A stretch of 64,000 bases of DNA from the NCBI GenBank assembly GCA_963742975.1, contig CAVUNZ010000025.1, forward strand, positions 20,230 through 84,229. The letters run 5' to 3'. The position numbers and the translations under genes are program-made. Below, piece after piece: positions 8,268 to 16,950 of the stretch (positions within the stretch are counted from its first letter, which is position 1; each line of letters starts with the position of its first letter). Under the pieces are notes generated by a model. The model was not told the DNA's origin, did no database searches, and saw only the letters and a program-made list of their open reading frames with translations. Source of the DNA: an uncultured Alphaproteobacteria bacterium. GTDB lineage: Bacteria; Pseudomonadota; Alphaproteobacteria; Rhizobiales; Xanthobacteraceae.

Positions 8268-10142
8268 ATGGGCATTAATCAGGCGCTGTCCGCCGCATTG
8301 TCCGGCATCGCGGTCACCCAGCAGGCCATTTCGGTCATCGCTGGCAACGTCTCCAATTCAAATACGGCCGGCTATGTCGATGAAAGCGTCAGGCAGTCCG
8401 AGCTCGGCACCGCCGGCAAGTCCGGGAGCAGTGTCGAAAGCGACGGCATCAATCGCAATCTCAATACGTTACTGCAGAGCCAGTTGTGGACTGAGACATC
8501 AGGCGGCTCTTATGCCGACACCGTGGCGCAGTTCTATCAGCAACTTCAGGATGTTTACGGCACGCCTGGATCGTCGACCTCGTTCGACGCGATGTTCAAT
8601 AATTTCACGACCGCGCTGCAGTCGCTGTCGACGAGCCCGAGCTCATATTCCAGCCAGTCCGAAGTCTTGAGCGCGGCGCAGTCGCTCGCGCAAAATCTCA
8701 ACTCCATGACGACCAGCGTCCAGGAGCTGCGCACGCAGACGGAAGCCGGGATTGCCACCGACGTGCAGAGCGCCAACGGTCTGTTGCAGAATATCGCGGA
8801 GATCAACACCAAGCTCGAGGGCACCGGTTCCAACCCCGACAGCACCGCGGCGGCGCTCGAGGATCAGCGCGACCAGGACATCACGCAGCTCGCCCAGCTG
8901 ATGAATGTCAACGTGATGCCGGGCTCCAATAATCAAGTCGCGGTCTATACCGGGACCGGGCTGCAGTTGGTGAGTGCGGGCCAGGTCTCGCAGCTGACGT
9001 TCGACAATGCCGGCACGCTGTCGGCGACGTCATTGTGGAGCGATGATCCGAGTCAGGACGGCGCCGGCACCATCACGCTCACCGCGCCGGGCGGCTCCAC
9101 CACTGATTTGATTTCAGACGGCGCCTTTCAATCGGGCCAGATCGGCGCCTATCTGCAGATGCGCGACACTATTCTGCCGCAAGCGCAGGCGCAGCTCGAC
9201 GATTTCGCCAATCAAATGTCGCAGGCTCTGTCGAACCAGACCGTCAATGGAACGGCGGCGAGCTCCGGCGGCCTGAATGGTTTTAGCGTCGACGTCGGCA
9301 GCCTGGTGGCGGGCAATACGGCCCAGTTCACTTATACCGACAGCAGCAACGTGCAGCACACGATCACGGTGGTCGATACGCCGCCGGGGACCTCGCTGCC
9401 GCAGCAGGCGTCGGCGTCGAATCCCAATAACACGACGATAGGTATCGATTTTTCCGCCGGCATAGGCTCGGTCGTCTCGCAGCTGAATTTCGCGTTCGGG
9501 TCGAAGCTGCAATTCTCCAATCCGTCGGGCACGATGCTGCAGGTGGTCAATGCCAACGGCAGCGGCAATGTCGTCAATTCATTGTCAGCGACGTCGACCG
9601 TCACGTCGCTGACCAGCGGCAGTCCGTCAGTGCAGTTGTTCGTCGACGGTATCCAGCCGATCACCGGCGCTTTGACGTCCACCGGCGGCACGCAAACGAC
9701 GGGCCTCGCCGGCCGCATCAGCGTGAATTCGGCGCTCCTCAATTCGCCTGGCAACCTGGTGGCTTATTCTGCGAGTACGACGGCCGGCGACGCGACCCGG
9801 CCGAGTTTCCTGCTGAATCAGATGACCACGGCGTCGCTGACTTATGCTGCGAGCACGGGGATCGGCACAGCGCAAGCGCCGTATAGCGGCACGCTGTCCC
9901 AGTATCTCAGCCAGGTCGTCAGCGTCCAATCGCAGGCGGCGAACGCCGCAACCAACCTGCAGCAGGGTCAGGACACGGTTCTGACCGCTCTGCAGCAGCG
10001 GTTTAACAGCCAGTCCGGAGTCAATATCGACACCGAAATGTCTAACCTCATCGCTCTGCAGAACGCCTACGCCGCCAATGCGCGGGTGATGTCCACCATT
10101 CAGAGCATGATGCAAACATTGCTGCACATAGGCGGCGGATAG
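8268..10142 (+). CDS. flgK: flagellar hook-associated protein 1 FlgK
   Basis: N-terminus ..GNVSNSNTAGY and C-terminus ..EMSNLIALQNAYAANARVMSTIQSM; 624 aa. Confidence 0.9.
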   Translation: MGINQALSAALSGIAVTQQAISVIAGNVSNSNTAGYVDESVRQSELGTAGKSGSSVESDGINRNLNTLLQSQLWTETSGGSYADTVAQFYQQLQDVYGTPGSSTSFDAMFNNFTTALQSLSTSPSSYSSQSEVLSAAQSLAQNLNSMTTSVQELRTQTEAGIATDVQSANGLLQNIAEINTKLEGTGSNPDSTAAALEDQRDQDITQLAQLMNVNVMPGSNNQVAVYTGTGLQLVSAGQVSQLTFDNAGTLSATSLWSDDPSQDGAGTITLTAPGGSTTDLISDGAFQSGQIGAYLQMRDTILPQAQAQLDDFANQMSQALSNQTVNGTAASSGGLNGFSVDVGSLVAGNTAQFTYTDSSNVQHTITVVDTPPGTSLPQQASASNPNNTTIGIDFSAGIGSVVSQLNFAFGSKLQFSNPSGTMLQVVNANGSGNVVNSLSATSTVTSLTSGSPSVQLFVDGIQPITGALTSTGGTQTTGLAGRISVNSALLNSPGNLVAYSASTTAGDATRPSFLLNQMTTASLTYAASTGIGTAQAPYSGTLSQYLSQVVSVQSQAANAATNLQQGQDTVLTALQQRFNSQSGVNIDTEMSNLIALQNAYAANARVMSTIQSMMQTLLHIGGG

Positions 10143-10152
10143 TAGGTTCAAC

Positions 10153-11661
10153 ATGAGTATTACCGGACCAGGCTCGGTGACTGCGGCCACTGTCATAGCG
10201 CAGAACAACATGATGACTGAGCTCGACTCGCTCGCTCAGGAACTCGGCACCGGTCAGGCGGCGCAAACCTATTCCGGGCTGCAATCGCAGGCCGGCATGG
10301 TGCTGTCGCTGAATGCCCAGCTCGCGGCGATCAATGGCTATAGCAACACGGCATCGACCGTGAGCACGACGCTGGATATTGCGCAATCCTCGTTGACCGA
10401 GCTCGGCACGCTCGGGACGACAATCCAGCAAGAGGTCACCGATCAGCCGACCTTCAATCTCGACAGCAACGGCCAGACCACGGTCCAGGTTGCCGCGGCA
10501 AGTCAGCTCGACGAGATGCTCTCGTTGCTCAACACCCAGGTCGGCACCAATTACATCTTCTCGGGCAGTGCGCTGAACCAGCCGGCCGTGGCCAGCACCA
10601 GTCAAATTCTCAACGGCACCGGCGCACAGGCCGGGCTGACGCAGATCGTCAACGAGCGCCAGCAGGCCGATCTCGGCGCCACCGGCATGGGCCGGCTCAG
10701 CGTCGCGACATCAGGCAGCACGGTGACGCTGAGTCAGGACGGTACGCCGTTCGGATTTCAGCTCACGGGCGTGAGCCCAAGCCTGACCGGCGCGACGGTC
10801 ACCGGGCCGTCCGGCTCGCCGCCGACGATCTCGATGGCGCTCGGCTCGAATCCGAATGACGGCGACACAATTTCGTTTCAACTCACGCTGCCCGACGGCT
10901 CGACCCAGACCATTTCGCTGCAGGCGACATCGTCCGCCACGCCGGGAAACGGTCAATTCAGCATCGGCGCAACGACCGGGGCCACCGCCACCAATCTGCA
11001 GAATGCGCTCACCAGCGCCATCACCAATCTGGCGCAGACCGCGCTGCCGGCGGCATCGGCGATGGAGGCGGGCAACAACTTCTTCTCATACCCGCCGCAG
11101 ATCGTCGTTCCCGGCGCCGGCAACAATTATCAGACAGCTACGTCCTTAACTAACGGCACCGCGGCCAATACCGTGATCTGGTACACCGGCGAAAACGGCG
11201 CAACCCCGTCGCGACAGACCCAATCCGCGGTGGTCGCTCCGTCGACGACCATCGATTACGGCATGCGCGCCAACGAACCGGCGATCACCAATCTGATCAA
11301 GAATGCCGCGGTGCTCGCGGCGACGACCTATTCGCCGACCAATACCAACGCGCAAGCGGTCTATCAGACGCTGTGCCGGGCGGTCGAGGGCAATCTCAGT
11401 CCGCCGTCGGGCACGCAGACGATCGCCGATATCGAATCCGATGTCGCCAATGCACAGACCACGGTGGCCAATGCCACGAAGCTCAATACGCAGACCCAGA
11501 CCACGCTGAGCGACATTCTGAACAATGTCGACGGCGTCAACCAGACTCAGGTCGGCGAGCAGATCCTGACATTGCAGAACAGCCTTTCGGCTTCGATGTC
11601 GGTCACGGCGCGGCTCGCGCAGCTCAGCCTGACCAATTACCTCGCGCCGGTTTCGGGATAG
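10153..11661 (+). CDS. flgL: flagellar hook-associated protein 3 FlgL (flagellin-like junction protein)
   Basis: Lies immediately after flgK. Flagellin-like helical N and C termini (..LQNSLSASMSVTARLAQLSLTNYL); 502 aa. Confidence 0.8.
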   Translation: MSITGPGSVTAATVIAQNNMMTELDSLAQELGTGQAAQTYSGLQSQAGMVLSLNAQLAAINGYSNTASTVSTTLDIAQSSLTELGTLGTTIQQEVTDQPTFNLDSNGQTTVQVAAASQLDEMLSLLNTQVGTNYIFSGSALNQPAVASTSQILNGTGAQAGLTQIVNERQQADLGATGMGRLSVATSGSTVTLSQDGTPFGFQLTGVSPSLTGATVTGPSGSPPTISMALGSNPNDGDTISFQLTLPDGSTQTISLQATSSATPGNGQFSIGATTGATATNLQNALTSAITNLAQTALPAASAMEAGNNFFSYPPQIVVPGAGNNYQTATSLTNGTAANTVIWYTGENGATPSRQTQSAVVAPSTTIDYGMRANEPAITNLIKNAAVLAATTYSPTNTNAQAVYQTLCRAVEGNLSPPSGTQTIADIESDVANAQTTVANATKLNTQTQTTLSDILNNVDGVNQTQVGEQILTLQNSLSASMSVTARLAQLSLTNYLAPVSG

Positions 11662-11713
11662 GCTGACGCCCAATAATGGAAGGCAACTTGCGCGCCAGGC
11701 GGGCACGCAGGCG

Positions 11714-12640
11714 CTATTCGCTGTTGTCCGTCCGGACGAAGATCGAGTCGGCGGCGCAGGTCGCGTTGCGGCCGAAATTGTCGGTAAATCGCGTATCGAC
11801 GAGGTAGCGGCCGGGATGGGCGGTAAGAAATGCGCGAAGCGCCTCGCGTTTGACGTCGCTGTCCTCGACCACGAGATAGTCTCCTAGCGTAAGATAAGAA
11901 TGCATGTGCGCGATCACCGCCGCCACATTATGGTGCGCGTCCTCGACCACGAGCCAGGGATGCGGCGCAGACTGCAGCAATTCGGCTGCAAACAAAGTCT
12001 GCGGCGCCGCGCAATCGCCCTGATAGAAGCTGACATGCGGATATTCCGCGTCGACCTTAACCCGGTCGACTGAATGGACATGGCCGTCGACGCCGTTCAT
12101 CGCCAAATGATCGGCGAACCAGACCGCGCTCGCGCCGAGGCCCGAGCCGATTTCGAATACCGTGCGCGGGCGGAGCTCTGCGATCAGCGTCGGATACATG
12201 GCGAAATCGAAGACGTTCTTCATCAGCGGCACACCGCGCCAGCGCATCAGCGAAGGCGCGCCCTGGCAGGTCAGCAGCACGTCGGCGCCGAATTCGGTGC
12301 CAAATCGCGGGTGGTAATGCGCGCCGGACTGCTCACGCCGGGAAAACTCGACAAAGCGGCCCTGCCGGTGGCGGTCGAGAAACAGCCGCAACCGTTGCAA
12401 ATCCCAAAGCAGGCCCTGGAATCGCGCGGGTTCGCGCGCGGCATTTTCGCGGACGCTGTCCTCCCAGGCGCGCGCCGGGTCGAAGCTGACGAGCTGGGTG
12501 AGGACGCGGGTGAACCAGCTGTCGAAAATGCTGTGCAGGCCGTGCTGCTCGCGCGCGACTTTCTCCCGCATTTCGCCGGTGAAGCGCAGCGCGGCGGCCT
12601 TCAGCTCGTCGCCGGAAATCAGTTCGAGCGCGTCGGTCAT
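11714..12640 (-). CDS. CmcI-family (cephalosporin hydroxylase / sugar O-methyltransferase-like) class I SAM methyltransferase
   Basis: WRGVPLMKNVFDFAMYPTLIAELRPRTVFEIGSGLGASAVWFADHL ... VVEDAHHN ... YLVVEDS matches the CmcI signature as I remember it. Confidence 0.7.
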   Translation of the reverse strand: MTDALELISGDELKAAALRFTGEMREKVAREQHGLHSIFDSWFTRVLTQLVSFDPARAWEDSVRENAAREPARFQGLLWDLQRLRLFLDRHRQGRFVEFSRREQSGAHYHPRFGTEFGADVLLTCQGAPSLMRWRGVPLMKNVFDFAMYPTLIAELRPRTVFEIGSGLGASAVWFADHLAMNGVDGHVHSVDRVKVDAEYPHVSFYQGDCAAPQTLFAAELLQSAPHPWLVVEDAHHNVAAVIAHMHSYLTLGDYLVVEDSDVKREALRAFLTAHPGRYLVDTRFTDNFGRNATCAADSIFVRTDNSE

Positions 12641-12777
12641 GACGCCGCCGACCCTAGAAAGTCATGGTAAACAAAATGCTTACGCAGCGCCCGCCGCAAA
12701 CGAACCGTTAACCATAGCGATCTACGTTGGTTTTCAACGGTTTGGGGCCAGAATCTGGACGGCTTTTGGGGGGCGAT

Positions 12778-14355
12778 ATGTGCGGCATTGCGGTAGCCAT
12801 CGATTGGGATGGCGCTGAGACGGCGGTTCAACACCTGATCGCGGGCATGCTGCATCGCGGCGACGTCACCGATCCCCCGATCACGATCAGCAAGGGCACC
12901 GCGATGTGCACGCGCCGCCTGCGCATCGTCGATGCGCAGAACGGGATGCAGCCGAAGGCGTCTTTCGACGACCGCTTCCTCGTCGCCTTCAACGGCGAAA
13001 TCTACAATCACGTCGAGTTGCGGCGTGAACTCGAAGCGCGCGGCGTTAAGTTTCACAGCGGCTGCGACACCGAAGTGGTCGCCAATGTGCTGCGGGTCTT
13101 CGGCCCCACCGGGATCAAGCGGCTTTCCGGCATGTTTGCCTTTGTCGCACTCGACGTGATGACCGGTGAATTCCTCGCCGCGCGCGATCCGTTCGGCGTC
13201 AAGCCGCTCTATCTGATCCAGACGCCCGAAGCTCAGGCGCGCAAGGGCTTCTTGTTCTGCTCCGAGATCAAGCCGCTGTTGCAGGCGACCGAAAGCGGTG
13301 ACGTCATGTTGCTGCCGCCGGGCCATGCGCTGACGGGCAATTTTTTTGGGCGCTATTACAATCTGCCGTCCCCGGCACCGGCGAGCGTAGCTTGGGGCGC
13401 GGCTGTGCCGCAGGATCTGGACCGCATCCTTGCCGAAGCCGTGCGCGTGCGCGTGCCGCCGGATCTGCCGGCCGCAGCGCTGTTCAGCGGCGGCATCAAC
13501 TCGACCCTCATCATGCATTACGCGCGGCGCTTCTGCCCCGATATGCCCGGCTATATCGCCGTCGGCCGCGGCTCGCCCGATTATCTCTTCGCGCGGCATT
13601 ATGCCGAGGAGACCAGTCTCGATCTGCGCGAGGTCGCAATCGATACCCATGACGCAAAGACGCTGCCGCTCATCGCCACGGTGGTCGAGACCGTGGAGAC
13701 TTTCGAGCCGGCGGTGGTTCGGCCGAGCTTCCACACTTATCTGCTGTCGCAGCGCATTCATCAGGACGGTTTCCGCGTCGCCTTGTGCGGCGAGGGCGCC
13801 GATGAATTATTCGCCGGCTATTCGCCGCTCGAGCTTGCCTTTTCGCAGGCGAACGGTCAGGGCCGCTATCTGCAGGCGCAATGTCTGGGCATGATGCATC
13901 GCGCTAATCTGCAGCGGGTCGATCGCTGTTCGATGCATTTCCAGCTCGAAATCCGCGAACCGTTTCTCGATCAGGCCGTCGTCAACTATGCGGCAGGCCT
14001 TGATAAATCGGCTCTGGTGAAGCGTTCCGGCAATGCCGTCCCGGTCGGCAAGGCGCCGTTGCGCGCGATCTACGACCTTTATCCTTCGCAGCTGCCGATC
14101 AGCATCAGAGACCGCGACAAAATGCTGTTCAACGAAGGCGCCGACGGCGATGTGGAACGATCGGGCTGGCTCGATCTGTTCGAACAGGCGGTGTCGGACG
14201 CCGATTTCCGCGACGGCCAACGTCAATTCGCAGCCTTCGGCGTCACCACCAAAGAAGAGCTGTTCTATATTCGCGCGCTTGCCGCCAGGATGGATGTGAA
14301 CCGTATTCCGCATCTGCGCGGGCGGCTCCGCTTGGACATGCCGCGGGCCGCCTGA
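12778..14355 (+). CDS. asparagine synthase (glutamine-hydrolysing)-family amidotransferase
   Basis: Starts MCGI (Ntn Cys2), with NGEIYN and CDTEV in the GATase domain and a SGGINS PP-loop. ATG 12778 sits behind a G-rich RBS. Confidence 0.85.
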   Translation: MCGIAVAIDWDGAETAVQHLIAGMLHRGDVTDPPITISKGTAMCTRRLRIVDAQNGMQPKASFDDRFLVAFNGEIYNHVELRRELEARGVKFHSGCDTEVVANVLRVFGPTGIKRLSGMFAFVALDVMTGEFLAARDPFGVKPLYLIQTPEAQARKGFLFCSEIKPLLQATESGDVMLLPPGHALTGNFFGRYYNLPSPAPASVAWGAAVPQDLDRILAEAVRVRVPPDLPAAALFSGGINSTLIMHYARRFCPDMPGYIAVGRGSPDYLFARHYAEETSLDLREVAIDTHDAKTLPLIATVVETVETFEPAVVRPSFHTYLLSQRIHQDGFRVALCGEGADELFAGYSPLELAFSQANGQGRYLQAQCLGMMHRANLQRVDRCSMHFQLEIREPFLDQAVVNYAAGLDKSALVKRSGNAVPVGKAPLRAIYDLYPSQLPISIRDRDKMLFNEGADGDVERSGWLDLFEQAVSDADFRDGQRQFAAFGVTTKEELFYIRALAARMDVNRIPHLRGRLRLDMPRAA

Positions 14356-14516
14356 ACGTTAGCGGCGCTTAAAACCGGATACAGAGACGCGCCCGGCCTA
14401 CGGACGTCCTGCGTGATCAGGCGCTCGCGCAATGGCGCAACCGCGGCTCCAGGACAAAACCCCAAGACAAAGATATAAAATGCGGATTGGTGTGGCTTCG
14501 GTGCGCGGGGCTGCGT

Positions 14517-14882
14517 TTAGCGCTTGTCGCGCAGGCCGGCGGCAAGGCCGCGATTGATCTTGATGATCGATTTCAGATGGTCCGGCTTCGGCTTGGTCAT
14601 CATCGAGAAAGTCTCGGCCATGACATAGACGCCGAGCCGTCTGATGTTATCGCGAACCTGCTTCGGCAGCCTGTTGGTTTCGTTTGTCACTGCGTCGAGA
14701 AACACCGTCCACAGCCGGCGATTATAGAGCAGTGCTTCGTCGAGGCCGCGCGGCTTGTCAGACCAGGAATCGTGAACGGCCTGCAATTTCGCAGCGGCTT
14801 GCAGCAGCAAATTGGCCTCGAGCTCACGCGGCGACGCCGTCTCAACATTGGTCTTGGCATAGGCGTTGACGGCGTGACGCAT
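14517..14882 (-). CDS. flaF: FlaF flagellar regulator, if translated from the internal ATG
   Basis: Internal ATG 14882 is preceded by AAGGAA. 121 aa, FlaF-like N-terminus AYAKT..ASPRELEA. Confidence 0.6.
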   Translation of the reverse strand: MRHAVNAYAKTNVETASPRELEANLLLQAAAKLQAVHDSWSDKPRGLDEALLYNRRLWTVFLDAVTNETNRLPKQVRDNIRRLGVYVMAETFSMMTKPKPDHLKSIIKINRGLAAGLRDKR

Positions 14883-15257
14883 CTTCAGATGTTCCTTTTC
14901 GTAGGCAATAAGCTTGCGCGCTTCCTTTAAAGCTTTATACGGATCGCCTGTTAAGATTAGGTTGTTGATGCTTTCGATAAAGGGTTCGGCGCTCGGCGCG
15001 GCCTTGAGGAATTCGTCCGCCAGCCGGAAATAGAGCGCGTGGTGCTCTTTCGGGTTCTTGGCCGTGTAAATGAACTGGACAGCGAGATAAATGAGCTTCG
15101 CCAGGCTGTCGGCGCGGCCCAGCGTCATGATGTCCTTTTCGCGCAGGATACGAACCTGGCCTTCGATCTTCAGGCGCGTGCGGGAGCCGGCGTTGGTGAC
15201 AACGCAGTCGCCGAGCAGGATCCGCTCGTTCGGCTTGAGTTCGATTTTTAGGGCCAC
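14517..15257 (-). CDS. flbT: continuous ORF encoding FlbT (flagellin translational regulator) fused in frame to FlaF
   Basis: GTG 15257 lies behind AAGGA. (V)ALKIELKPNERILLGDCVVTN..ILREKDIMT..AKLIYLAVQ is the FlbT part. There is no stop before MRHAVNAYAKT..PRELEANLLL (the FlaF part). Confidence 0.7.
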   Translation of the reverse strand: MALKIELKPNERILLGDCVVTNAGSRTRLKIEGQVRILREKDIMTLGRADSLAKLIYLAVQFIYTAKNPKEHHALYFRLADEFLKAAPSAEPFIESINNLILTGDPYKALKEARKLIAYEKEHLKMRHAVNAYAKTNVETASPRELEANLLLQAAAKLQAVHDSWSDKPRGLDEALLYNRRLWTVFLDAVTNETNRLPKQVRDNIRRLGVYVMAETFSMMTKPKPDHLKSIIKINRGLAAGLRDKR

Positions 15258-15313
15258 GGGACAAATTCCTTGTTGCGAATCCTCGCCGCGCATCAGCATC
15301 GTTGCGCATCGTG

Positions 15314-15330
15314 GTTAACGGATTTCTAAC
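15314..15330 (-). promoter_or_regulatory. CtrA-box-like site (TTAG-N7-TTAAC) upstream of flbT/flaF
   Basis: Minus-strand sequence is GTTAGAAATCCGTTAAC, about 60 nt upstream of GTG 15257. One mismatch to TTAA-N7-TTAAC. Confidence 0.35.
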
Positions 15331-15410
15331 TTGCCCGCCGCGGATGGATCGTCCGATGCGCCGGTCTAGGCCGATCGCCGGGCGGCCGCATTCCCACCCC
15401 GGCGAAGCGC

Positions 15411-15444
15411 TCAAAAGAAAACGGCGGGGTTTTGCCCCGCCGCC
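15411..15444 (-). terminator. rho-independent terminator of flagellin gene 1
   Basis: Stem CGGCGGGG / CCCCGCCG followed on the minus strand by a T-rich run (TTTTCTTTTG). Confidence 0.7.
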
Positions 15445-15470
15445 TTGTTCGAAGCCTATATCGGGCGAGA

Positions 15471-16631
15471 TTAGCCGAACAGTTTGAGCACCGACTGGTT
15501 CGCCTGGTTGGCGATGGACAGTGCCGAGATTTCGAGCTGCTGCTGGGTCTGTTCGGTGAGCAGGTTGGCGCTCTCCTGGTTCTGGTCGGCGACGACCAGA
15601 TTGGTGGCGCCGGTCTGCAGCGTGTTGATCAGCGCCGTCTCGAAGGTCTGCCGGGTCGAGATGGTCGAGGCATTGGTGCCGAACGTCTCGGTCTGGCTCT
15701 GCACCGTCGCCAGCGCGGCATTGATGTTCGCCACCACGGTTGCGAGCTGATTGTCAGACTGGAAGGATGTCCCGCCCGAGCCGGCGATCGCCGACAGGCC
15801 GAGCCCTGCGGCATTGAAGGTTACGCCGGTGATGGTCAGCGAACTGGTGCCGGTCGGATTGAAATCGATGGTCAAGCTGTCGCCCTGCAACAGGTTGACG
15901 CCGTTATAGCCGGAGTCGGCGGCGAGCTGACTGATCTGCGTCAGGAGGCCGTTGTAGTTGCTCTGCAGCGTGCCGCGCGTCGAGCTCGAGCCGATGGCGA
16001 CAGTGTTGGTGGTGGAGTTGGTCGCCACACCCAGCGCCGCCGAAGTGGCACTGCCCACAACGGTGAAGCCGATCGGCGGCTCATTGGAGTTCAGGACCAG
16101 GTGACCCGAGCCGTCGTCGGTCGCGGTCACGATGCCGTTGCTGCCGAGCCCGGTCGTGCCGTTGATGTCGGCCTCGACTTCGCTCAGCGTCGCGCTGGCG
16201 GCGATCGTGACGTTGTAGGTCGACGAACCGACATCGATGCTGAGCGTGCCGGCGGCGAGGCTGACGTTGGCGGTGGTGAGGCCCAAGCTGGTCCCGGTGC
16301 CGGTCGTCGTGGCTGCTACGGTCCAGCTCGCGGACTGCGCTTGTTGCACTGTCGACAGCGCCTGCTGCAAGAGACTGGTCAGGCTGGTGAGGCCGTTGGT
16401 GGCTTGTTGGATGGTTGACGAGCCTTGACCGATCTGGTCGAGCAGCGCGCTCAATGAATTGGCGGTCTGCGTCAAGCTCTGCGAGGTGAAATAGGAGCTT
16501 GGATTGTCGGCGGCGGAGTTGACCTTCTTGCCGGTCGCCAAGGCTTCCTGGGTGGTCGTTAGATCGTTCGACGTCTGCTGCAATGACAGCAGATTCTGCC
16601 GAATGCCGGTAGTGAGAGTAATATCAGACAT
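15471..16631 (-). CDS. flagellin (386 aa)
   Basis: N-terminus MSDITLTTGIRQNLLSLQ..ALATGKKVNSAADNPSSYF and C-terminus ..LSIANQANQSVLKLFG. Confidence 0.95.
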   Translation of the reverse strand: MSDITLTTGIRQNLLSLQQTSNDLTTTQEALATGKKVNSAADNPSSYFTSQSLTQTANSLSALLDQIGQGSSTIQQATNGLTSLTSLLQQALSTVQQAQSASWTVAATTTGTGTSLGLTTANVSLAAGTLSIDVGSSTYNVTIAASATLSEVEADINGTTGLGSNGIVTATDDGSGHLVLNSNEPPIGFTVVGSATSAALGVATNSTTNTVAIGSSSTRGTLQSNYNGLLTQISQLAADSGYNGVNLLQGDSLTIDFNPTGTSSLTITGVTFNAAGLGLSAIAGSGGTSFQSDNQLATVVANINAALATVQSQTETFGTNASTISTRQTFETALINTLQTGATNLVVADQNQESANLLTEQTQQQLEISALSIANQANQSVLKLFG

Positions 16632-16886
16632 CGTTCCACCTTCGGGTTACAGGCCGTGCTGACTGCAAAGCACCAAACGTTCATTCGGTTCGAGTTCGAG
16701 CTCCGAGAGCACGGGCGAATCCTTGCCGCGGCCAACATGGTTACCGATTATAGTTAACGGAGAACTAATCAGACCGTACGGAATGGAACCGTCGGGCTAA
16801 AGGCTTGTCCTGAAAAGAAAAAAACGGAGCTTTCGCCCCGTTCGCAAACAGCAAAAAATACAGTTTGGCCGTCCCGACCGGCACGG

Positions 16887-16922
16887 CAAAAAGAAAAGCG
16901 GCGGGGCTTTGGCCCCGCCGCC
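16887..16922 (-). terminator. rho-independent terminator of flagellin gene 2
   Basis: Stem GCGGCGGGGC / GCCCCGCCGC followed on the minus strand by TTTTCTTTTT. Confidence 0.7.
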
Positions 16923-16950
16923 GTTACGTAAAGGCCTGTACCAGACTGCT

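Noticed and set aside
12637-13761. 374-aa minus ORF
   Set aside because: Antisense to the AsnB-like amidotransferase, which has Ntn and PP-loop motifs.
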